Source: Vicinamibacteria bacterium (lineage in GTDB: Bacteria; Acidobacteriota; Vicinamibacteria; Fen-336). Taken from it: a stretch of 64,000 bases of DNA. This document shows positions 38,601 to 45,003 of the stretch, in pieces. The DNA is taken from NCBI GenBank assembly GCA_041493035.1, contig JBGPYB010000001.1:22999-86998 (forward strand), read 5' to 3'. The translations under genes and the position numbers were made by a program. The first letter of the stretch is position 1. Each line of letters starts with the position of its first letter. Below the pieces are notes generated by a model. The model worked only from the letters and a program-made list of their open reading frames with translations. It was not told the DNA's origin and searched no databases.

Positions 38601-39733
38601 CCGGGCTCAAGTCGCGGCGGGGCGGGGCCGACTACATCGTGCTGACCACCTCCGACCTCATGGCGCCGGCTCGGCGCCTCGCTGCAATGCGCCAGAGGCA
38701 GGGGCTCGTCACTGCGGTGGTGGACGTGGCCGACGTCATGGACGAGTTCGACGCCGGGATCTCGACCCCGCACGCGGTGCAGGCTTTCCTGCGCTGGGCC
38801 GCGGCGCACTGGTCCCCGGCGCCCCGCTCCCTGCTCCTGGCCGGACTCGGCACCCTCGACTACAAGGATTACCTGGGCAACGGCGGCAACCTGCTTCCGC
38901 CCCTCATGGTGTCGACGCCATTCGGGCTCTTCGCCTCTGACAACGACCTCGTGGATCTGGACGGCGACGGCCTGCCCGATCTCGCCGTGGGCCGCGTGCC
39001 CGCCGTCACCGCCGCCGAGCTCGACGCCTACGTCTCCAAGATCGCCGCCTACGAAGCGTCGGACGGTGCCGACTGGAAGGGCCGCGCGGTCTGGGCCTCG
39101 GACAAGGTCGATCCCGGAGCGGACTTCCCGGCCGATGCAGAACGCCTCGTGTCGGGGCTTCCGACAGGGTACTCGGCCGACCGAGTGTACCTGGCCCCGG
39201 GCACTATCACCGCGAGCCGCGCGCAGCTCCTGGGAGACCTCCAGAGCGGGGCCGGCATCATGAACTACGTCGGCCACGGTGGCATCGATCGCCTGGCCGC
39301 CGAAGGACTGCTCGTTTCGACCGATGCCTCGTCCCTCACCAACGCCGAGCGCCTCCCGCTTCTCACGGCCCTGACGTGCACGATCAACCGTTTCGAGGTC
39401 CCGGGCTACGCGTCCCTCGGAGGGGAGCTGGTCAAGAGCCCGTCGGGAGGGTTCTCGGCGGTCTGGGCGCCCACCGGCCTTTCGCTGAACGCGGAGGCGA
39501 ACGCCCTGGGGGCACGCTTCTACGCCACTCTGGCCGGGAAACCCGGGAGCCGGGTCGGAGACCTCGTGAACGATACGCTGCGGGCCTATGCCGCCAGCGG
39601 CGACGAGCCGAGTCTCGTCAGCGTGTACAATCTCCTTGGCGATCCGGCGCTCGTCATGAAGCCGCCGGCATCCCCCGCGAGCCCGCCGCCGAGTGGCGAG
39701 CGGTCGCAGGGGTCGCTTCGACGGACCGAGTGA
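35639..39733 (+). CDS. Large secreted multidomain protein with C-terminal peptidase C25 (gingipain-like) domain
   Basis: Start at ATG 35639 (or 35648), followed by a signal peptide (KLKVAAAALLLVLVSPASG). The C25 region has ADYIVLTTSDL, a His motif (NYVGHGG) and a Cys motif (LLTALTCTIN). The 5' extension of the listed ORF (34448..) is antisense to the PF14907 gene and is rejected. Confidence 0.8.
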   Translation: MRGMVPKLKVAAAALLLVLVSPASGRAGSTLTTAPYTPNGNQSGTANGDYVSEDAAGGGLNLPYHFWVEVPPGLGRLVVDIWDADIGAGGAGEAAAGRDRARSVFDVNAVYTLLDPTGATRATVNGTNALPALADNAWFNLFNSVVGLTAGHWEVRIDQSTLVDVAGNRDAINAFGVRAHDGTAGAGGTELNVYYDSITDVGVNPPAVAGLINTRTYVEYPYIVSGCSFFENDFDFDTNNATGQSIVYASRTPATSAAFSQTLANATLSVNDVWNRDAIAGWTSDSRSTEYGIWSQTTTMRSYVVGGANNGNYGNLYVANFQAVAGAPIANPPANSFRTYIATDAGGAPVKPYLEQFLGYLSGPRTPTVGQTTVFTVTVRVVNPTLLPIAFGAPAADIVTANVLRPVGSLGYQGGAQVTQGTILSEPAIGGTGNVTWNPGPVAAGATAFLAFNVAVTPTMAGQRIPVTNTPVSGNGTRATFVDETGNTTQARATFTLGPVCDLAVNLALATPAVVSSLRAHDGPRGVEVEWETASEVGTAGFDLLRWDPETDGYVTLNKGLLPGLQGSPQGGRYRFVDEGASASAKLWYVLSEATASGERRFHGPYEVQVETASPSASLRSHSADGYDRTARRRPASQRAARVASALTTLPLAAPVAGATAVKIGVEKDGLYYVSATSIAAALGWPAAQVGAFLSTQRFALSSQGRPVAWTPSSGGLLFYGRGVDSIYTRDNVYWLGVGHGTMMTTADGRRPSPTGPASFLDQVHAEENRLPATAVSTDPESDYWYWDYLSGGHPTYGSRSFPLAAVAVDHGGAPARLTIHLHGATTTAVTGEHHVVARLNGSPIGEVQWEGVVPATIDVPVGASMVQEGQNSVELDALLDTAAPYSIVYLDSFDLTYPRLYQAAGSALSFRGDGHGVVTVAGFPDPAIGVFDVTDPANTHRVARTTVTGAPGAFQVSLVPAGPDTRYVASTPAGWLAPKWIRSYRSAGLKSRRGGADYIVLTTSDLMAPARRLAAMRQRQGLVTAVVDVADVMDEFDAGISTPHAVQAFLRWAAAHWSPAPRSLLLAGLGTLDYKDYLGNGGNLLPPLMVSTPFGLFASDNDLVDLDGDGLPDLAVGRVPAVTAAELDAYVSKIAAYEASDGADWKGRAVWASDKVDPGADFPADAERLVSGLPTGYSADRVYLAPGTITASRAQLLGDLQSGAGIMNYVGHGGIDRLAAEGLLVSTDASSLTNAERLPLLTALTCTINRFEVPGYASLGGELVKSPSGGFSAVWAPTGLSLNAEANALGARFYATLAGKPGSRVGDLVNDTLRAYAASGDEPSLVSVYNLLGDPALVMKPPASPASPPPSGERSQGSLRRTE

Positions 39734-39738
39734 GGGGC

Positions 39739-39903
39739 ATGGAACCACGAGACAACTCGAACGTCCCCCCGCCCGGCGGAAAGAAGCCCTACGAGCCTCC
39801 ACAGATAGTGAGCCGCGAGCCCCTCGAAGCTGTCGCCGCCGTCTGCTCGCCCCCCGGCAAGGCGAACCCTGGGGCGTGCCCCACGGGTCCACTCAACTCG
39901 TAG
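39739..39903 (+). CDS. Candidate 54-aa RiPP precursor-like peptide (unlisted small ORF)
   Basis: The ATG lies 5 nt after the C25 stop, with GAGG just upstream. Sequence: MEPRDNSNVPPPGGKKPYEPPQIVSREPLEAVAAVCSPPGKANPGACPTGPLNS. 13 Pro, 2 Cys, C-terminal Ser. Its stop is 3 nt from the stop of the convergent radical SAM gene. Confidence 0.4.
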   Translation: MEPRDNSNVPPPGGKKPYEPPQIVSREPLEAVAAVCSPPGKANPGACPTGPLNS

Positions 39904-39906
39904 GGT

Positions 39907-41010
39907 TCAGCGCCCAACGCCCGGAAGCACGCGGAGCGGGATCGCCTTCCGCCCCTGCCCCGCCTCGCGGGCGAGTGTCGCGCGCTGCCGGGCGCCTGGA
40001 TAGATCACTAGAGGGCTACCCGAGAGCGCCTCCGCCGTCCCGGGGCAGAAGGCGAGGAGGGGCCCGGCTTCCCCCTCTTTTCCGACGACGCCCTTCACTT
40101 CGGCGGAGAGTTCCCGCACTTCTTGAAGGCGCGGCGATCGTTCCCAGATCTCGCGGATCGACGAGTCGTGGAGGTTCCCCACGGCCCGCCGCCACTGGAC
40201 GCAGGGATACACGTTGCCGAAGGGGTCGACAGTGATTCCGGATGAACCCGCGCCGCAGTGCTTGCCGGCCTCCGCAGGTGCCATCAGCGCGTCAGCCTGA
40301 CGGCCCACCTCGGGAGCACTCCCGCCACCGAAGCGCGCGTACTCGAGGCGAAGGAGGTTGAGGACACCGTCGCGCGACGCCGTCAGCTCGAGGGGGCTCC
40401 GGTCGCCGTTGTCGCGGGGTGTCACCTCGGGGTCGAACTGCAACCGGACGCCGAGCCCGTCGGCGATGGCGAACATCCCCTCCACCTCGCCTTCGTTCCA
40501 CGCCGTCAGGGTCGCGTTCATCTTCACCCGCAGACCCAGGGCCACCATCCCGCCCACGTTTCGGAGGAGTCGCTCGAAGCTGCCGGCCACCCGAGTCTGC
40601 CGGTCGTGACTTCCCGCCTGCGACCCGTGGAGGCTCACCTCGACCATGTACGGATCCACTTCGTCCTTGAGCCGCCGCGCGGCCTCGCCGCTCAAGGCGT
40701 GGCCGTTGGACTTGACCCGGACGACGAAGCCGAGCTCTCTCGCTCGCTTCCCCAGGCGCAGGAAGTCCGGATGGGCCAGAGGCTCTCCCCCGGACAGGGT
40801 GAGGTTCAGTACCTCCAATTCCCTCAGATCCTCGAAGAAGCGGATCCATTCCTCCGCGGACATGGGGACGCCGGCGAGGCCGAGGTCGTTGTAACAGAAG
40901 ACGCAGTCGAGGTTGCAGCGGTACGTCAGCTCCACGAGGACGGAAAAGAGAACGTTCTCCCGCCACGTCCTTTGGACGAGACCGGCGAAGCTCGCAGCTT
41001 CAGGAGGCAT
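39907..41010 (-). CDS. Radical SAM enzyme with C-terminal SPASM/twitch-like domain
   Basis: CNLDCVFCYN (CX3CX2C), GGEP, and C-terminal HCGAGSSGITVDPFGNVYPCVQW...GNL...IREIW. Only three C-terminal Cys are seen, so it is twitch-like. Confidence 0.85.
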   Translation of the reverse strand: MPPEAASFAGLVQRTWRENVLFSVLVELTYRCNLDCVFCYNDLGLAGVPMSAEEWIRFFEDLRELEVLNLTLSGGEPLAHPDFLRLGKRARELGFVVRVKSNGHALSGEAARRLKDEVDPYMVEVSLHGSQAGSHDRQTRVAGSFERLLRNVGGMVALGLRVKMNATLTAWNEGEVEGMFAIADGLGVRLQFDPEVTPRDNGDRSPLELTASRDGVLNLLRLEYARFGGGSAPEVGRQADALMAPAEAGKHCGAGSSGITVDPFGNVYPCVQWRRAVGNLHDSSIREIWERSPRLQEVRELSAEVKGVVGKEGEAGPLLAFCPGTAEALSGSPLVIYPGARQRATLAREAGQGRKAIPLRVLPGVGR

Positions 41011-41293
41011 CGGCTGCCCCCACGCTCTCGATCACGCCGCCCGCCGCCAGCTCCTCGATGAAAGCCGCGACGTCGCTCTCGAGCCTCTTCGGTTCGACCT
41101 CGTATTCTTCTGCGAGACCGGCCACGAGGGTCACCATGTTCTCTCCCGAATCGATGCGCTCGAGGATCCGCGCACCGACCTCGTTGAGCACAAGGACCTC
41201 CGGTCCCGATTGGCGCACGACGATCGCCTCGGGCGCGATGATCCGAAAGCGGACATCGTCCTTTCGACGGAAGACCGCTTCGCCCGGAATCAA
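41000..41293 (-). CDS. PqqD family protein (RRE-type peptide chaperone)
   Basis: VFRRKDDVRFRIIAPEAIVVRQSGPEVLVLNEVGARILERIDSGENMVTLVAGLAEEYEVEPKRLESDVAAFIEELAAGGVI. The TTG start overlaps the kinase stop (TTGA). Its 3' end overlaps the rSAM start by 11 nt. Confidence 0.75.
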   Translation of the reverse strand: MIPGEAVFRRKDDVRFRIIAPEAIVVRQSGPEVLVLNEVGARILERIDSGENMVTLVAGLAEEYEVEPKRLESDVAAFIEELAAGGVIESVGAADAS

Positions 41294-42210
41294 GCGACCA
41301 CCGCTTCCGGAGCGAGTCGGTCCCAGACAGGCGCACCGAGGGCGATTGTGGCCGTGTGTCGCCGGCAGCCGGCGAGGAGCGCTTCGAGGTTCCGGAGCAG
41401 GGGCTCGAGTCGATGCCGATCCTGATTCACGAAGGGAGCGGCGGCGAGCATAGTGGCGAGTCCTTCGGCGGGGGAGAGAGGATCGAGGCGCGTCGCGCTC
41501 CCCTGACGAAGCTTGCAGATGGCCGTCAGACGGGGCCGCTCCGTCCCCAGCCCGCGGTGGTCTCCGGCGAAGGGGACGGGCGCCACGATGCACCTGTTGC
41601 CTTCCAGCACCACGGCGTTCAGGTCGTCGCTCAGCACCGATCGCCCTTCGTCCAGGCTGAGCCGAGCGAGGGTGCTCTTACCCGCCCCCGAGCGCCCCAG
41701 GAAGAGCCACGCGCCGTCCTCAGCCACGATGCCGGCGCTGTGGAGCAGCGCTCCGCCGACTTCGAGCAAACGATACGACACGATAGCGCGAAGGACGTTC
41801 TCGATGGCTCCGGCGAAGCCCGCTCCCGTCGCCGCCGTCCAGAACGCTGCCCGCAACGCCGGGCGCCACTCCAGACGGGCCATGAGGCCGAGTCCCGCGA
41901 TGCGCACCGAGTCCGGGGTCGGATCGAGGTCGAGGGTGAACTCCCACCCGCGCACGTCGAAGGTCGAGAACTCGTCGTCGACCACCCGCATGGCGTGGCA
42001 GTCCACGGCTCCGGCGACAGGGGCCCCGGCAGGCAGACAGAAGCCCGAGAAGTGCCCGCGCGCCAGGGCTTCCTGTTCGGCGCCCAAGCCTCGAAAGACA
42101 TAGGGCCCGCCCGCGAGGTCAAGGGCGAGGGTCCTCTCTCCCCACGGCTCCCCGGCCAGGCGAGCCGGGAAGAGATCGGGGTTCCGAAAAAACCGATCTC
42201 CGAAGCTCAT
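41290..42210 (-). CDS. HPr kinase/phosphorylase-like P-loop kinase (HprK-related)
   Basis: Internal ATG 42210 (MSFGDRFF...). LHSAGIVAEDGAWLFLGRSGAGKSTLA followed by SDD. There is an ATGA overlap with the upstream gene. Confidence 0.75.
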   Translation of the reverse strand: MSFGDRFFRNPDLFPARLAGEPWGERTLALDLAGGPYVFRGLGAEQEALARGHFSGFCLPAGAPVAGAVDCHAMRVVDDEFSTFDVRGWEFTLDLDPTPDSVRIAGLGLMARLEWRPALRAAFWTAATGAGFAGAIENVLRAIVSYRLLEVGGALLHSAGIVAEDGAWLFLGRSGAGKSTLARLSLDEGRSVLSDDLNAVVLEGNRCIVAPVPFAGDHRGLGTERPRLTAICKLRQGSATRLDPLSPAEGLATMLAAAPFVNQDRHRLEPLLRNLEALLAGCRRHTATIALGAPVWDRLAPEAVVA

Positions 42211-42596
42211 CGTCCCCGTGACTGGAGGCGCCACAGGAGATGTTGCGCCAGGCGCCCTGCCGCGCGGCACCGCTCCATGAGGCTGACGGGCATCACGACG
42301 CGGCCGAGGACGAGCCGAGGCGCCACCGGGGCGTCGGGATGAGACGCGCCATCCGCCTGGGTCCAGAGGCGAAACCCGCGGCGTCCCGGGCGATATCCGA
42401 TGACCCTGTGGGCCACGAGACGTCCTGCCTCGCTCACGAAGGCCACGACGTCTCCCGGCCAATAGACGGACGCGGGCGTCAAGGCTACGAGCGTATCGTC
42501 CTCCAGACGGGGGCTCATGCAGTCACCGCTGACGCGGACCCGCAACCCCTCCGCAGCGGCCAGCGAGCGGAGCGGTGCCACCAAACGGGGCGTCAT
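42207..42596 (-). CDS. Soluble S24/S26 (SipW/Sec11-type) signal-peptidase-like protein with Cys at the nucleophile position
   Basis: 129 aa from ATG 42596. VSGDCMSPRL (compare SGSMEP), GDVVAF, VAHRVIG (compare HRV) and WTQADGASHPDAPV...LGRVV (compare TKGDNN..D). No TM anchor. ATGA overlaps on both sides. Confidence 0.6.
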   Translation of the reverse strand: MTPRLVAPLRSLAAAEGLRVRVSGDCMSPRLEDDTLVALTPASVYWPGDVVAFVSEAGRLVAHRVIGYRPGRRGFRLWTQADGASHPDAPVAPRLVLGRVVMPVSLMERCRAAGRLAQHLLWRLQSRGR

Positions 42597-44782
42597 TGAA
42601 TCGTCGCGGTCTTCCCGGCGGTGGCGCCAGTCTCCCTGTGAGAATAGTCCCCATAGTAGTGGCCGTAGTAGTGGCCGTAATAGTAGGAGTGCTTTTCGAT
42701 TTGGGCGCGGTTCAAGACGATCCCCAGGATGCGCGCGCCGGTCTCGGAGATGCGCTCCAGGGTAAAGCGCACAGCCTTGCGGGGAACCATCTCGGCGCCG
42801 GCCACGACGATGACGCCGTCGGCGAACGAGGCCAGGCTCAAGGCGTCCGCCACGGCGCCCATGGGCGGCGTGTCGATCAAGATCCAGTTGTAGAGCCCCT
42901 TGAGGCTTCCCAGGAAGCCGCGCATCCCCTCGTCGGTCATCAGGTCGGCGGGGCTCGGCGCGTGAGTCCCGGACGGAAGGAAGCTCAGGTTGGGCCCCTT
43001 CACGTGCTGGATCGCCTCGAGGGGCTCGCATTTGCCCACGAGGATGTCGGAAAGACCGGGGGTCTTGCGGGCCCTGAGGATCGTGTGGGCGGTCGGCTTG
43101 CGGAGGTCGCCGTCGATGAGGAGCACGTTGCCGTCGAGGGCGGCGAGTGTCGACGCCAGGTTGACCGAGGTCAGGGTCTTTCCCTCTCCGGGGGCTGTCG
43201 AAGTCACGATGAGGACGCGCGGCGAGCGATCGGGCCACGAGTAACGAAGCGCCGTGCGCACGATCCGGTATCCCTCCGAGAAGGGGCCCGGAACGTTGGA
43301 GTTGACGCCCACGACTCTTCCGGCCTTCTTGTCGATCACCTCCGGGACGACGCCCAGGAGGGGGGCGCCCAGGTGTCGACGCACGTCGTCGGGTGTGCGC
43401 AGCGTGTTGTCGAGATACTCGAGAAAGAACGCGAGACCGATGCCAAGCCCCAGTCCCAACAGGAGGCCGTTCAGGATGTCGCGCATCTTCTTTGGACGCA
43501 CCGGCCCGCCTGGGATCACCGCCGCGTCGAGGATACGGATGTTCGTGGCCTTCAGTTCCTGGGCCACGTCGGTTTCCTTGTGGCGCGACAGGAGGCTGCT
43601 CAGGACGCCCTTGGCCGCCTCTAGCTCCCGCTTCCGTGTGTCGTAGGGTATCGCCCGCTGCTCCAGATCGAGGAGCTCGGCCTTCGTGGTTTCCAGGGCC
43701 TCAGAGATGCTCGCTTCCTTGGCCGCCGCCCCACGGTACTCGCTCTCCATTCCCCTTATCACCCGCTGAGCCTCGCGCTTGACTCTCTCGCGCATCTGGC
43801 GGATCTGCCCGCGGACTGTGACGACCTCGGGGTGCTGGTCGAGGTACGTATCGAGGAGCTGGGCCTCACGTCGCTCGAGGTTCGAGATCTCGAGAAGGTC
43901 GGCCTGGACGATGGGATTCCTCGTCACGTCGGGAAGCTCTTCGGGGTGGGAGGCCTTCCGGATCTGCTCGAAGACCGCCTGCTTTTCCAGGCGCTCCGTC
44001 TTCAGCTCGTTCAGCGCCGAGCCGAGCTGCGTGAGCTTCTGGTTCAGCAGTGTGCGGCGCTCTTCGATGTTGACGATGCCTTGTTTCTCCCGGACTTTCT
44101 CGAGGGCAAGCTCGGCCGCTTCGACTTTCTTGCGTTGGTCGTCGACCTGACCTCCCAGCCACTGCCCCGCCTCGGCCGAGGTCTGGTACCGGAGATCGAG
44201 AGCCTGCTCGATGTAGAGCTGCGAGAGGCGATTGGCGAGGCGGGCTGCGAGTTCGGAGCGAAAGGCTTCGGCACTCACGGCAACCACGCGGCTGTTCTTC
44301 GCGGGGCTCACGGAGATGCGCCCGAGGAAGGCGTCGATCATGCCTTCCATGGCCGGCAATTCTCCCGGCGGGGCGGCCAGCATCTCCTTGATTTGCTCAG
44401 GCTTCCGGGGCCCGCCGAACTCGGGATCGTCGAGGAGCCTCATGTCCTCGATGACCCGGCGGGCCAGGGCGCGGCTCTGGAGGATCTTGTACTGCGTTTC
44501 GAAGTATTCCTCTCCCCACCAGCCGGCGTTGACTTCGGAAACCTCCTTGAAGGCGATGACGCTCGGAGCTTGTCGCTCGATCAAGAGCTGGGCTGTGCCG
44601 CTGAAGACCGGACGCATGAGGTTGGTGCGGACGGTTGCGTGCACCGTCACCGCAAGGAAAATGGCCACGATCAGCCAGCGCCGCCGGACCAGGACGTGGA
44701 GATACTCCCAAAGCGCGGTCTCTGTCGAGGGATCAGTCTCCGAGCGGAGTCGCTGTTCGACCTCGGAGGAGGAGTCGATCAT
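42593..44782 (-). CDS. Polysaccharide co-polymerase / BY-kinase (Wzc/GumC-like tyrosine autokinase)
   Basis: Start at ATG 44782, after GGAAGG. Wzz-like N-terminal domain with 2 TM and a coiled coil. Kinase domain (SPRVLIVTSTAPGEGKT, LLIDGDLRKP, ILIDTPP). C-terminal Tyr cluster HSYYYGHYYGHYYGDY. Confidence 0.85.
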   Translation of the reverse strand: MIDSSSEVEQRLRSETDPSTETALWEYLHVLVRRRWLIVAIFLAVTVHATVRTNLMRPVFSGTAQLLIERQAPSVIAFKEVSEVNAGWWGEEYFETQYKILQSRALARRVIEDMRLLDDPEFGGPRKPEQIKEMLAAPPGELPAMEGMIDAFLGRISVSPAKNSRVVAVSAEAFRSELAARLANRLSQLYIEQALDLRYQTSAEAGQWLGGQVDDQRKKVEAAELALEKVREKQGIVNIEERRTLLNQKLTQLGSALNELKTERLEKQAVFEQIRKASHPEELPDVTRNPIVQADLLEISNLERREAQLLDTYLDQHPEVVTVRGQIRQMRERVKREAQRVIRGMESEYRGAAAKEASISEALETTKAELLDLEQRAIPYDTRKRELEAAKGVLSSLLSRHKETDVAQELKATNIRILDAAVIPGGPVRPKKMRDILNGLLLGLGLGIGLAFFLEYLDNTLRTPDDVRRHLGAPLLGVVPEVIDKKAGRVVGVNSNVPGPFSEGYRIVRTALRYSWPDRSPRVLIVTSTAPGEGKTLTSVNLASTLAALDGNVLLIDGDLRKPTAHTILRARKTPGLSDILVGKCEPLEAIQHVKGPNLSFLPSGTHAPSPADLMTDEGMRGFLGSLKGLYNWILIDTPPMGAVADALSLASFADGVIVVAGAEMVPRKAVRFTLERISETGARILGIVLNRAQIEKHSYYYGHYYGHYYGDYSHRETGATAGKTATIQ

Positions 44783-44894
44783 GAGCGCCTTCCGGGAGGG
44801 GAGAAAAACAACCAAAATTCTAACACGGGAACGTCATTCTCGGGCAGCATCCCTCGTCCCTGGTTGGAGATGCGGGCATCTGATACGCTTGGCC

Positions 44895-44970
44895 GGGCCT
44901 GTAGTTCAGCGGTCAGAACATCCGGCTCATAACCGGACAGTCGAAGGTTCGAATCCTTCCAGGCCCACCA
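44895..44970 (+). tRNA. tRNA with CAT anticodon (elongator Met type, or Ile2 if lysidinylated), encoded CCA
   Basis: Hand-folded cloverleaf: acceptor GGGCCTG/CAGGCCC, D arm GTTC-AGCGGTCA-GAAC, anticodon arm TCCGG-CTCATAA-CCGGA, T arm GAAGG-TTCGAAT-CCTTC, discriminator A, CCA. There is no initiator-type 3xGC anticodon stem and no 1:72 mismatch. Confidence 0.9.
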
Positions 44971-45003
44971 AGCCCACCGCGCTCGGCATGGGAGCGGCAA
45001 GGC

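Noticed and set aside
34307-42596. Classification of the locus as a lasso peptide gene cluster
   Set aside because: PqqD, an HprK-like kinase and a PF14907 enzyme are lasso-associated. However, no Asn-synthetase-like cyclase (C protein) or transglutaminase-like leader peptidase (B2) is present in the window. The candidate core also lacks the usual Gly/Ala/Ser/Cys1...Asp/Glu7-9 macrolactam pair in an obvious register.
42640-42693. Short tandem DNA repeat (gtagtagtggcc x2 and relatives) as a possible CRISPR, VNTR or non-coding repeat
   Set aside because: It lies inside the BY-kinase reading frame and encodes the C-terminal tyrosine cluster (YYYGHYYGHYYGDY), which is a functional feature of Wzc-type kinases.
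44895-44970. tRNA-Met as the attachment site of a genomic island carrying the two RiPP-type loci that flank it
   Set aside because: I found no integrase, recombinase or transposase gene anywhere in the window. I did not notice a direct repeat of the tRNA 3' end. Codon usage and GC of the flanking loci look the same as the housekeeping genes.
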